A stretch of 64,000 nt of DNA from Fibrobacterales bacterium (lineage in GTDB: Bacteria > Fibrobacterota > Fibrobacteria > Fibrobacterales > JAOPTW01). Where the stretch lies: positions 32,001 through 96,000 of the forward strand of contig JAOPTW010000015.1 in assembly GCA_051532035.1 (NCBI GenBank), in the 5' to 3' direction. Shown here piece after piece: positions 29,458-39,442 of this stretch (position 1 is its first letter; each line of letters opens with the position of its first letter). The notes beneath the pieces are model-generated. The model saw only the letters and a program-made list of their open reading frames with translations, did no database searches and had not been told where the DNA came from. A program made the translations under genes and the position numbers.

Positions 29458-32400
29458 ATGATTCAAAATCCTATTGTCAAAACACTCTTATCAATAAAAC
29501 TTGTTGTTTTATTGGTTCTTCTACTTTCCCCCTTTGTAATGAAAACGTGGGTTACTAAGCGACTCAAAGATCCTGTAATTATTGGTGAATACACTATCAA
29601 AGCTGATCAGTTCCATTTTACATCACTCCTCAATTTTACTGCTGAAACATTTACGGTTACCGGCCCTGACCTACTACTCACCATTGATAAGCCTGTTGCA
29701 CACATCACTCCACTTTCTTTTGGCTTCGGAGGAAAACCATTTGTGTCATTAGAAAGTCCCTATGGGTTTCTCGATATATCATCATCGAAAATCGATAGTA
29801 ACTACCTTACCAGTGAAACTCCATTACCCGAATTCTCTATTCCTCTTCACTGTAAAGCACTCGTTCCTTTTTTTCAAATTTTTAATGGTTCTGATACTAT
29901 TTCAATTTTTGAAACCCAGGCTGAGAACCTTAATGCCAAGTCGCTTATAGCTACTGCCGACTCACTTATTGCACACACCAACTTCTATTCAGGTTCTCTT
30001 GAAGGCCAAATGAGTTGGAATGATGAATTAGTGGTTCGGTACACTGGAACAATGCACTCAGATTCAACCTACATAAATGCCTCTGCAACAAGCCCTAAAT
30101 CCAACATGAAACTTTTTACTTTCGAGACAAATGGCCTATTACAGAACCGTTCAACACTGTTAACCCTTACCCCAAAGTTACTTCCTTATCTCCCTGATAT
30201 ACTTGACAGTATTAATGAGGTTCAATTTCAAGGCGCATTACAATTTGATGCCCGAAACTTATTGGTAACCGGAGCACTTTCAACCTCACTCAACACTACA
30301 GCCTACTGGCCTGCAACACAAACACAGTGGGATGGCACAGTCTCGCTCTTACCAGACACGGTACTATTTACCCTTGCAGGTAGAGGAACAAAAGGGGAAA
30401 CCATCGACCTTGATGGCAGTGTAGAAGGCAGTGACCTCTCTATAAAAGCCTCGATCCGAGGGAGCACGATTGAGCTCGGCTCAATAATTCAAACAATGGA
30501 TAGCCCCTCTATTCTCTTTTCTGGAAATATCAGTCAATCAAAGTATGATTTTTCTGTACTTACTCCAACCAAAAGCCTTATTACAGGACAGATGATTATC
30601 GATACCAAAGGACGACCCGATATACTTTTTGAAGCTACGGTAAACCCAGGAGAGCCTTGGGCCCTTGCCTGGACGCAAGACAACATTAAGATTCGTCCTT
30701 CTCGAATTACAGGGCACTTTTTTGAAGGTGCGGCCAATATTACAATTCATACCTCAACTCCTAACACATACAGCACCTATGCTGACTTTATGGTCTGCAA
30801 CTTTACTATTGATTCAGAAGGGTTACAATTTTATGATTCCCGCTTTGTATCCGGCAACTCTCGATACCAGTTTAAAGGTGAGGTTTCTTGGGTTGACTAC
30901 GATCAATTTGTTAAAGTAGAAGTCATAACAGACAACAATGGCGCTGCTCAGTTTTACTCAGATTTTGATGCCAACTATAGTATTACTGTATCTGAACTCA
31001 CCCTGAAACAGATACCTCTGATTGACAGTACTCTACTCGCTCCTTTTGGTGGAGCAATTACTGGCACATGGATCATGAACTCATTTGACACCACGGGTAG
31101 TGCCACCGTATTGTACCAAACACTTGTAAATAATGCCCCCCTCTATCTTGCATCAAAAGTTGCGTTTTTTAGAGACTCTGTTGGGATCAATGAACTCACC
31201 ATTACCCACAAATCAAATACCCTTAAACTCAATGGAGTAGCCAACAACCCCGAAGGTAATTTTATGAATCTCTCTCTTGTTGAAGGGTTTATAGAGGTAG
31301 ATAATTTTGATTTGACCACATTTTCAGATGCATTTCTCGATGGAACCATAACTTCTGGAACCTTAAATGGCTCAAGTTCTTATTCAGACACATCTGGGGT
31401 AGATGGCTCATTACACTTTCAAGACATTACCTTAAAAAACTACACTTCAGATTATTTCTCTGTTCCTCGTTTAACGGTAGAGGGACTCAATGACAAATTA
31501 CAAGTGTCTGCACGAATAAAGATGGGACAGCTCAATCAATGGGACAGTGAAATAGCTGTAGATATTCAGTCTATTTTTGGCGATCAAAAAAAGGTATCAT
31601 GTGCAATTGTTCCTGATAAAGGCGGACTCTTTGTTTTAAACAGCACTATAGATGCTCAACAAAATATAACCGGTGATTTCTCTATAAACGGCCCATGGGC
31701 CCTCCCTAATTCTATAGGACAAATAACAGAGAGTGACATCCAAGCCACCTTCAGTTCAATGTTAAAAGATGGCCTACACCGTCCAACCGTCAATATTAAT
31801 AATGCGTCGGGCAGCTATACACAAAGCGGTGAATACATCTTTCCCTTTTCCTTTAATTTAACAATGTACGATTCACTTATTACTATACCTAATGGAATAC
31901 TTATCAATCATGTTGGTGAGTCTTTGAAGTTTAAAATGATAGGGAAGCTGAATGCTACTTCTTTTTTACAAGAACTTCAGTTTATCTCTCGCTCTTTTAC
32001 TTACCCTATAAGTAAAAATCATTATGTCACTATTGAAAAAGTAAAAGGTTCATACACTCCTCACCCTGAGTATCCCCGTATTAGCTTAACGAGTGAAGAA
32101 ACACAATATTTTTACAACGACCCTACATATGGCTCAACCAATGGAACGTTTAGTAACATCAATCTCGATTATATTATTCCAACAAAAAATGAACAGGGTA
32201 CTTCAAAAAATCATCTCATTAGTGGCAGCGCTAATACTCGCAAGATTATCTACCGCCACATGGATTTCCCAGAGCTCAAAATAACCGACTTTTATAAGGT
32301 ACAGCGGTTTATCCAAGCTACAGCAAATCAAAGAACAGAAAATAACACCACATTCCCCATAGACCTTGATGTCTCAATACGAGACGAAGGTGGTGATTCT

Positions 32401-33354
32401 TTATGGGTGCAAACAAATTATCCATCGTTCCCTTACACAATAGATTTGTCAGTAAGAGGCACTACAACCTCTCCCCTTCTCACTGGCGATATTACATCAA
32501 TTGAAGATGGAACCCTTAAATTTCTCGATGCAGAATATCAGATAACCAATGTCATTCTGCGGTGGGATAATCAACCAATCACCAAAGGTAAGGTTACTTT
32601 TGATTTCAATAAATATTTTGAACAATGTCAGGAAAGTGATATTCTCTTAGAACTTGAAGAGGAAGAAAAGTGTAATATTTCTATGTCACTCCAAGGCCAA
32701 GTGAATAACCTCGAATTGAGCCACACCGCTTCCGATGCATGTACACAACTCAATATTGACACCGACAACGCAGGTCAAAATGGCGAGAAATCTGATGAAT
32801 CTACAATACCTGGTCAATTTTCGGCAAGTAACCTTTTTGCTACCCTTGCTGCAAACTGTGTAAGTAATTTTGCTGGATTCAACGCCGAAATGGGTATAAA
32901 TTTACTCATGAAACAATCAACTAATTTTATTAACCCCCAAATTAAGGGGCTTAACACCAAAATAAACTTAAAATACAACGATGTTGGCACAACTATTAAA
33001 GCAACCTACTACCCTATTGATGATAGCCCTGATCTCTCACTTTTTGGAGGTTATACTTTTACCAACAATAGTAATGCCGACCCAAAAACTGTTGGCACCC
33101 ACTATATACTCCCTGTCCTTGACAACAGTGCAACCCGTTCCTCTAACTCCCCCTCTAAAGGTTATTTATCTATAAATGGTGATGTAACATGGAATGCAAA
33201 CATCGACAATAAAACTTCAGATGATTCTGAGGGAACAATTCAAGAGAGTCCAACAGAAACTGAAAGTGACGAATATATTCCTAGTGCAGGCATAAGCTAC
33301 AACTACAAATTCTGGTCTTGGTGTTTTTGGGGTATTGGAGATTGCGATGACTAA
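29458..33354 (+). CDS. TamB/AsmA-like large periplasmic beta protein
   Basis: N-terminal TM anchor; 1298 aa beta-rich; DLSVRGTTTSPLLTGDI resembles the TamB C-terminal (DUF490) region; overlaps the Omp85 gene. Confidence 0.65.
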   Translation: MIQNPIVKTLLSIKLVVLLVLLLSPFVMKTWVTKRLKDPVIIGEYTIKADQFHFTSLLNFTAETFTVTGPDLLLTIDKPVAHITPLSFGFGGKPFVSLESPYGFLDISSSKIDSNYLTSETPLPEFSIPLHCKALVPFFQIFNGSDTISIFETQAENLNAKSLIATADSLIAHTNFYSGSLEGQMSWNDELVVRYTGTMHSDSTYINASATSPKSNMKLFTFETNGLLQNRSTLLTLTPKLLPYLPDILDSINEVQFQGALQFDARNLLVTGALSTSLNTTAYWPATQTQWDGTVSLLPDTVLFTLAGRGTKGETIDLDGSVEGSDLSIKASIRGSTIELGSIIQTMDSPSILFSGNISQSKYDFSVLTPTKSLITGQMIIDTKGRPDILFEATVNPGEPWALAWTQDNIKIRPSRITGHFFEGAANITIHTSTPNTYSTYADFMVCNFTIDSEGLQFYDSRFVSGNSRYQFKGEVSWVDYDQFVKVEVITDNNGAAQFYSDFDANYSITVSELTLKQIPLIDSTLLAPFGGAITGTWIMNSFDTTGSATVLYQTLVNNAPLYLASKVAFFRDSVGINELTITHKSNTLKLNGVANNPEGNFMNLSLVEGFIEVDNFDLTTFSDAFLDGTITSGTLNGSSSYSDTSGVDGSLHFQDITLKNYTSDYFSVPRLTVEGLNDKLQVSARIKMGQLNQWDSEIAVDIQSIFGDQKKVSCAIVPDKGGLFVLNSTIDAQQNITGDFSINGPWALPNSIGQITESDIQATFSSMLKDGLHRPTVNINNASGSYTQSGEYIFPFSFNLTMYDSLITIPNGILINHVGESLKFKMIGKLNATSFLQELQFISRSFTYPISKNHYVTIEKVKGSYTPHPEYPRISLTSEETQYFYNDPTYGSTNGTFSNINLDYIIPTKNEQGTSKNHLISGSANTRKIIYRHMDFPELKITDFYKVQRFIQATANQRTENNTTFPIDLDVSIRDEGGDSLWVQTNYPSFPYTIDLSVRGTTTSPLLTGDITSIEDGTLKFLDAEYQITNVILRWDNQPITKGKVTFDFNKYFEQCQESDILLELEEEEKCNISMSLQGQVNNLELSHTASDACTQLNIDTDNAGQNGEKSDESTIPGQFSASNLFATLAANCVSNFAGFNAEMGINLLMKQSTNFINPQIKGLNTKINLKYNDVGTTIKATYYPIDDSPDLSLFGGYTFTNNSNADPKTVGTHYILPVLDNSATRSSNSPSKGYLSINGDVTWNANIDNKTSDDSEGTIQESPTETESDEYIPSAGISYNYKFWSWCFWGIGDCDD

Positions 33355-35230
33355 ACACATTTTTATTTTCGTTATATTATACGTTATAAGTATTCATGCA
33401 CAATATAAGGACATTATTATTTCTGGGAATAGTTCATTCTCTACAGAAAGACTGCAAGAACTAATGAGTCTCCCAGATGAATTTCCCGACAGACTCAACG
33501 AATCACGGCAAAAACTTTTTCTCACACTTGCTCAAGCAAGTCTCGAACAATTTTACGAAGAGAAGGGCTATTTTAACATCTCTATTACATTAGGTGATAC
33601 GCTAGTAGAAAACAAATCAAAAAAGAAACACCATATAGAAATTACCGAGGGACTTCTATTCAAATACTCTGATGTAGAAATAGATATCCCTAATACAGAT
33701 AAGCTCCTTTTAAAGTATGAAGATTTACATATCTATCCCTTAAAACAATTTAATATAGAAGACATCTCAGCTGATCTCTCTCTGATTAGTAAACGATATC
33801 GAGGAAATGGTTACCTTCATGTTACTGCACAGCACATAGCCATAATTGATACTCTTAAAAACTCAATCAAAATAGTATATCGTATAAACCCTGGAAATCT
33901 CGTTAAATTTGGTACCCTCAAGATTAGTAGCAAACGAAGCAATCAATATCGAGAGCATTCAGGAACCACTAAAGGGCTTACTTCGGTCCCCTATTTGAAA
34001 TCTCTCTGGGATAAAAAGCCAGGAGAAATTATTGATAATAACTACCTTGATGTTTTTCGGACCAACCTCCTCTCAACTCGTCTCTTTTCTCAGGTTACCA
34101 TTAGAGATAGCATACACCCAGACAGTACTCATAACCTCTCCACCCTTTACCTCAATACCGTAGAGAAAGTACCTGGATCACTCAAGTTTAGACTCTTTTA
34201 TGAACAAATTTATGGACTAGGTAGTACCGGCGAACTACGATATCGAAATTTCTTTGGACGTTTTCATGAAGGATGGATTTCAGGTACCTATGCCCAAAAT
34301 AAACAACGTGCCGCCATTGGATATGCTAATCCACTTCTGTTCAACCTACCTATTCGATTTGAAAATGAATTATCAATTCAGCAAGATAACTTGACGTTTA
34401 ATCGTTCTAATATAGATTCAAGGGAGACGTATATTGTGAATAATCGAGGCTCTATATCTCGAAGATTTTCAGAATATTTTCGACTCATGGGATCGGTAAA
34501 ACTAAGAAATCAAATTCGATATAACACTACAATTGATACTATTACTAAAAAGGAACCAGAGAAGCAGACTATTAAGTTTGAAACAGTATCTTTTTTAGAT
34601 TTTGTTGACCAGCCCATTTCACCAGAAAATGGAGTACGCTTAATATTTACACTTGGAAACGGTGGTGAATTTAAGCTAGATAATCGCTACACCTACGGCT
34701 CAATAGAATCAAAATTTTACAAACGAATTTCTAAACACTTTCAAATTGCGAGCGGGATCGATCATGGTCGCTTTTTTAACGAATCATTCACAGCACTTGA
34801 CTACCAAACCTATTATCAAGGTGGCGATCGGTCAATAAGGGGCTTGGAGGTTGGAGAAATTAGCCCTAACTATACTCCTGACACTACAAATTCATTAAAT
34901 ACTGATACAACATCAGATCAAAACTCAGTACAACAAGAAGGTGGGCAACCAGCTTACGTGAGAGCCGCATTTGAAGTAAGAATTACCCCTCCCTCTAAAT
35001 CGCTTGAAAATTTCCAGGTGGTTCCATTTATAGACTGGGCAATAGTATGGGACCCTCGCCCAGATTACAAAAGCGAAACGGGTACTGCACTCGGCCTAGG
35101 GTTACGATACAGGTGGCAAGTACTCACTATCCGACTTGATTATTCTTTTAAAACTGATTTTTCTAAACCTTTTTCAGGCGAACCCTGGGACTCACAACGT
35201 CTAGTATTTGATCTTATGCAAGCAATATAG
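33347..35230 (+). CDS. Omp85 family outer membrane protein (TamA/BamA-like): POTRA repeats plus beta-barrel
   Basis: Signal peptide; ISGNSSFS, YEEKGYF and YRGNGY POTRA motifs; GGDRSIRG; GLGLRY..IRLD; start moved to ATG 33347. Confidence 0.85.
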   Translation: MTKHIFIFVILYVISIHAQYKDIIISGNSSFSTERLQELMSLPDEFPDRLNESRQKLFLTLAQASLEQFYEEKGYFNISITLGDTLVENKSKKKHHIEITEGLLFKYSDVEIDIPNTDKLLLKYEDLHIYPLKQFNIEDISADLSLISKRYRGNGYLHVTAQHIAIIDTLKNSIKIVYRINPGNLVKFGTLKISSKRSNQYREHSGTTKGLTSVPYLKSLWDKKPGEIIDNNYLDVFRTNLLSTRLFSQVTIRDSIHPDSTHNLSTLYLNTVEKVPGSLKFRLFYEQIYGLGSTGELRYRNFFGRFHEGWISGTYAQNKQRAAIGYANPLLFNLPIRFENELSIQQDNLTFNRSNIDSRETYIVNNRGSISRRFSEYFRLMGSVKLRNQIRYNTTIDTITKKEPEKQTIKFETVSFLDFVDQPISPENGVRLIFTLGNGGEFKLDNRYTYGSIESKFYKRISKHFQIASGIDHGRFFNESFTALDYQTYYQGGDRSIRGLEVGEISPNYTPDTTNSLNTDTTSDQNSVQQEGGQPAYVRAAFEVRITPPSKSLENFQVVPFIDWAIVWDPRPDYKSETGTALGLGLRYRWQVLTIRLDYSFKTDFSKPFSGEPWDSQRLVFDLMQAI

Positions 35231-35248
35231 AATAGTAAATATTATTCT

Positions 35249-35653
35249 TTAAGAATCATCAACAGGGAACCCTAGCTCCTGTACAGCTTCTTTAACTTTA
35301 GATGCTTCTATGGGCTTTAGAATATACATTTCACATCCAGATCTGAATGCTTGGAAAATACTTCCCTCATCATCCATTGCTGTTATCATAATCACTTTCA
35401 CACTATGAGCAATGTCAATCCCAATTTTCTCTTCATGTTCCCGAATTTTTTTAAGTGCTTCATGACCATCAACTTCGGGCATCATTACGTCAAGACAAAT
35501 AAGATCATATGGCGTATTTTCAGAATATGACAAGATTACTGCTTCTGTAGCTTCATTACCATTAGTTGCAAAGTCACAATCTCCTAATGGAGTAAGAATA
35601 ACTTTTAACAATTTTCTACTGACAAAGCTATCGTCAACAATCAAAATCTTCAT
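35249..35653 (-). CDS. Single-domain response regulator (CheY-like receiver)
   Basis: ILIVDDS, LICLDVMMP, MITA, YILKP. Confidence 0.92.
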   Translation of the reverse strand: MKILIVDDSFVSRKLLKVILTPLGDCDFATNGNEATEAVILSYSENTPYDLICLDVMMPEVDGHEALKKIREHEEKIGIDIAHSVKVIMITAMDDEGSIFQAFRSGCEMYILKPIEASKVKEAVQELGFPVDDS

Positions 35654-35737
35654 ACGTAACCCGGACTATTTTTTCTTATTATACGATACAAGCCCTCAGT
35701 GATGCAACACTATAGGCCAAATATTCAGATTAGATAC

Positions 35738-35761
35738 AAAAAAAGCCCCTATTAGGGGCTT
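35738..35761 (-). terminator. Intrinsic terminator after the ppiD-like gene
   Basis: aagcccct-att-aggggctt with an A-tract on the + strand (U-tract on -). Confidence 0.75.
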
Positions 35762-35799
35762 ATACTTTATGGTAAACTCTAACGAGTTATACTTAAGAC

Positions 35800-37635
35800 T
35801 TATTCAGAGTAGAAGAGATCAAGATTATCTTCGATAATCGCCATCTCTTTCAAATTCATAGCCCAAGTATTAAAAGCACTCTGTCTTGCATATTGATTAG
35901 CAGGTACATCTTGCTCTAATTTCACTTTTTCAGCTAGCTCTTGTTCTGATAGTTCGAGTTTAGCAGTTACTTGAGCAGCAATAGCATATCCCATTCCAAC
36001 TTTTGGCTCACCCCAACTATTAACTGTTTGCTTTAATATTTCTGCGACAACAGAAGATCCGTAGCCGTACGATACTTTCGGTATGAAGCCAGATGCTGTA
36101 ATTTTTTCAGCAGAGTCAAATCCAAGTTTTGCTATTGTTGCTACTGTAGTAGAATCAACCTTTTTTCCACCTAAAGTAGCTAGTTGTTGTTTTAAATAAG
36201 CTTTTGCCGCTGCTACTTTTTTCTCTTTCAATACTGATTTTTTGATATCACTTTTGAAAAACTCGAGAGAAGTAGTACCTTGAGCGAGCTCACCAGCTTT
36301 ACTGAAGAGTGCCATTACTTTTTCATTTTGAAGAACACGAGAAACAGGCTCTTTATTATCGCGATCAACAAAACCAAAATCTGAAAGACCTACAAGGTAG
36401 CCCAGCGCATCTATTGAATCACCGCGAGCAATATACTCAGATTTTTTAATGACAAGATTATTCTCTTTAGAAACAGACTCGAATGAATTTCCAGCAAGAA
36501 CTTGTGTTTTAACATTTTCGAGCATTAGACGAAGGCTATCTATGGTCTCTGGCCCAGCAGTTACCTTAACCAGTATGTGGCTCAATTTTGCCTTTTCTTT
36601 GCCATCTATTACTTTCTTACCATGTGACTTAATAAGGTGATATCCGAACTGAGTTTTAACTGGTGCAGAAATCTCGCCCTCTTTCAAGGCAAATGCCACA
36701 TCTGCAAAAGGTTTAACCCACTGTTCTGGAGCTACATAATCACCAAGTGATCCACCCTGTGGAGCAGATGCAAGATCTTCAGAATTTGTTTTTGCCATTT
36801 GAGCAAAATCAGAACTTTCACTTTTGATTTGATCAAGAACCCACTGTGTATGAAGTTTTGCATTAGTATCATCATATGCTGAAGGAGCTACTGTAACTGA
36901 GAGATAATCAAATTTCGCTTGAGCTTTCGCAACAGTAAAGCTGTCTTGGTGTGCTGTATAATATTCTGTAATCTCTTTTTCAGTAACATCACTCTCTTTG
37001 ATCCCAAATGAATCGAGAGATACTGATAGATATTCTATATCATATTTATTGTCACGTTGTTGAATTGCAAAACGTCTCTCAAGGTCTGACATGTGTTGTT
37101 TTGCAGAAACAAAAAGCTGTAATTGATTCATTGGTACGCGATTATCACGCAGATCAGCTTCAAGGTCAACCATCCACGATTGATCAAACACTGAATCATT
37201 TTGAAACCATGCCTGGTATTTTTTAAGATCAAACACTGAGTCAGTCATAAACTCTGGTGAGCGTTTAAAAGAGGGATGCGGATTTTCCATAAGCTCTTTG
37301 CGCATTTCAAAAATTGAAGCGCGAAGCTCATTTTCATCTACTTTCTCTTTCAAAAGCTGCGATACAATCATTTGGTCAAATAATTGACGGCGAGATTCAG
37401 ACCGTTGCTTGTCTGTAAGTCTTCTTCCTTGTTGGGTATTTTGCCTTTCTGAAGCTTGTAAGGCATTTTTAAACTCACTATTATTGAGTTTAACACCATT
37501 TACAATACCAACACTTGGTTCTTTTTGTGTAGTTAAACCGGTCATTCCCATAAATAGCAGGCCAATGACAATAAGAGGTGCAAGAATGTAGAGAATCCAT
37601 TTCACCGCTTTATCAGAAATCCAGGTCATCATCAT
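35800..37635 (-). CDS. ppiD: PpiD-like membrane-anchored parvulin PPIase with a SurA-type N-terminal domain
   Basis: N-terminal TM; FAQMAKTNSED..SAPQGGSLG, VKTQFGYHLI; start moved to ATG 37635. Confidence 0.8.
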   Translation of the reverse strand: MMMTWISDKAVKWILYILAPLIVIGLLFMGMTGLTTQKEPSVGIVNGVKLNNSEFKNALQASERQNTQQGRRLTDKQRSESRRQLFDQMIVSQLLKEKVDENELRASIFEMRKELMENPHPSFKRSPEFMTDSVFDLKKYQAWFQNDSVFDQSWMVDLEADLRDNRVPMNQLQLFVSAKQHMSDLERRFAIQQRDNKYDIEYLSVSLDSFGIKESDVTEKEITEYYTAHQDSFTVAKAQAKFDYLSVTVAPSAYDDTNAKLHTQWVLDQIKSESSDFAQMAKTNSEDLASAPQGGSLGDYVAPEQWVKPFADVAFALKEGEISAPVKTQFGYHLIKSHGKKVIDGKEKAKLSHILVKVTAGPETIDSLRLMLENVKTQVLAGNSFESVSKENNLVIKKSEYIARGDSIDALGYLVGLSDFGFVDRDNKEPVSRVLQNEKVMALFSKAGELAQGTTSLEFFKSDIKKSVLKEKKVAAAKAYLKQQLATLGGKKVDSTTVATIAKLGFDSAEKITASGFIPKVSYGYGSSVVAEILKQTVNSWGEPKVGMGYAIAAQVTAKLELSEQELAEKVKLEQDVPANQYARQSAFNTWAMNLKEMAIIEDNLDLFYSE

Positions 37636-37846
37636 AAGAGTTCTATCCTTTAATGTCTTTTTAGAGTGGTGAAAATTTAGGAAGTTTAACAGCCCCGTCA
37701 AGCGAAATAGCAAAAACCCTGACTACTGATCCATATTTAAGTGATAAAACAAGAGAAGTAGCATGAAATGACCAAAATTGTAGAATTATACAGGATATCC
37801 CCAATATCACTATTAATGCTTAAAATGAGTTTCTACATTTTTTGCC

Positions 37847-39442
37847 ATGAAAAATTACGATTATCTGGTCATTGGTTCTGGAATAGCCGGTCTCACTATC
37901 GCCCTAAAGGCAGCTGAAAACCACTCTGTCGCTATCATTACAAAAACTGATAGTCTCGACTGCTCTACTAATTACGCCCAAGGCGGTATTGCGAGTGTAA
38001 TGCTCCCTGAAGACAGTTTTGAGAAACACATCAATGACACTTTAGCTGCTGGTGCAGGACTCTGTAACCGTAAACGTGTCGCAATTCTCACACAAGAGGG
38101 CCCCGCCGCGATTCAAAATCTGATTGATTGGGGGGTCTCGTTTACTAAGAACGACCTCGATTCAAAACAGTGTTCACCCTACCATCTTGCTCTCGAAGGT
38201 GGGCATACCGAACGTCGTATTTTACACGCCCACGATCTTACGGGGCAAGAAATCATGCGTGCAATGATCGATAAAGTCTGCAATAATCCAAATATTGATC
38301 TTTTTGAAAATCATACCGCTATTGATCTGGTAACCGATAGTTCAGATAAAGATAACCGATGTGTTGGCGTAACCGTTTTAAATAGTCAGACAATGCGCTA
38401 CAAGAATATTGCAGCTCGTGCGACATTTATCGCAACAGGGGGCGCTGCTCAGATTTTTAAACATTCTACTAACCCACGAGTATCTACGGGTGATGGAATC
38501 GCAATGGCGTTTAGAGCAGGGTGTACCAGTGAAGATATGGAATTTATGCAATTCCACCCAACGACACTCTATAACCCTGGAAAGAAAACCTTTCTTATCT
38601 CTGAAGCAGTGAGAGGACATGGTGGTATTTTGAAGAACCATTTGGGTGAACCATTTATGAAAGGCGTACACCCTCTTGAGTCATTGGCTCCTCGTAATGT
38701 TGTTGCCCGTGCTATCGACCGCGAAATGAAAAAGCATCACTCTCCTCATGTCTATCTTGACATCACTCATAAAAATGAGAGTAACCTCAAAAAGCATTTC
38801 CCTAACATATACAAACATTGTCTCGAAGTTGGAATCAACATGTCTAAAGATTGGATACCTGTGGTACCAGCGGCTCACTATATTTGCGGGGGTATAAAGG
38901 CAAGCCACAATGCACAAACAGACCTTAACGGACTCTACGTTTGTGGTGAATCTGGCTGTTTTGAAACTCATGGAGCCAACCGCCTTGCATCGAATTCACT
39001 CCTTGAGAGCGTGGTTTTTTCCCTGAGAGCATTTATCCATAGTGCAAAAAATTTACACGACTCCCCCAGCTCTATTGCTCTCCCCCCTAAGAAACGTTTT
39101 ATTCCATCAACACCTGACTATGACTTTTTGAAAAAACAAGTCCAATCAATTATGTGGGACAAGGTAGGCATTGTACGCACAACGAGCAATCTCAAAAAAG
39201 CACTTGAACTCGTTCAAACCATCCGAGACAAAGCTGACACTGATTATCAGAGCCCTGTTCGTACTCCGTTAAATCTTATTGAACTCAGAAACATAGCACT
39301 CTGTGCAGAACTCACAATACGCAGTGCATTAAAAAGAAAGGAGTCTCGCGGACTCCATATTTCTGATGATTTTGCTTTTACAAAAGACGACACTTCTGCA
39401 CGACATACCTTTATACAGCCTTCAAAACTCTATAAAAATTAG
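37847..39442 (+). CDS. nadB: L-aspartate oxidase
   Basis: GSGIAGL, TNYAQGGIA, EGGH..RRILH, QFHPT, LISEAVRG, HGANRLASNSLLE. Confidence 0.96.
   Translation: MKNYDYLVIGSGIAGLTIALKAAENHSVAIITKTDSLDCSTNYAQGGIASVMLPEDSFEKHINDTLAAGAGLCNRKRVAILTQEGPAAIQNLIDWGVSFTKNDLDSKQCSPYHLALEGGHTERRILHAHDLTGQEIMRAMIDKVCNNPNIDLFENHTAIDLVTDSSDKDNRCVGVTVLNSQTMRYKNIAARATFIATGGAAQIFKHSTNPRVSTGDGIAMAFRAGCTSEDMEFMQFHPTTLYNPGKKTFLISEAVRGHGGILKNHLGEPFMKGVHPLESLAPRNVVARAIDREMKKHHSPHVYLDITHKNESNLKKHFPNIYKHCLEVGINMSKDWIPVVPAAHYICGGIKASHNAQTDLNGLYVCGESGCFETHGANRLASNSLLESVVFSLRAFIHSAKNLHDSPSSIALPPKKRFIPSTPDYDFLKKQVQSIMWDKVGIVRTTSNLKKALELVQTIRDKADTDYQSPVRTPLNLIELRNIALCAELTIRSALKRKESRGLHISDDFAFTKDDTSARHTFIQPSKLYKN

Noticed and set aside
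29248..29466. 72-aa ORF upstream of the FlhB-like gene
   Set aside because: Overlaps both neighbours, covers the divergent promoter region and has no protein-like features.
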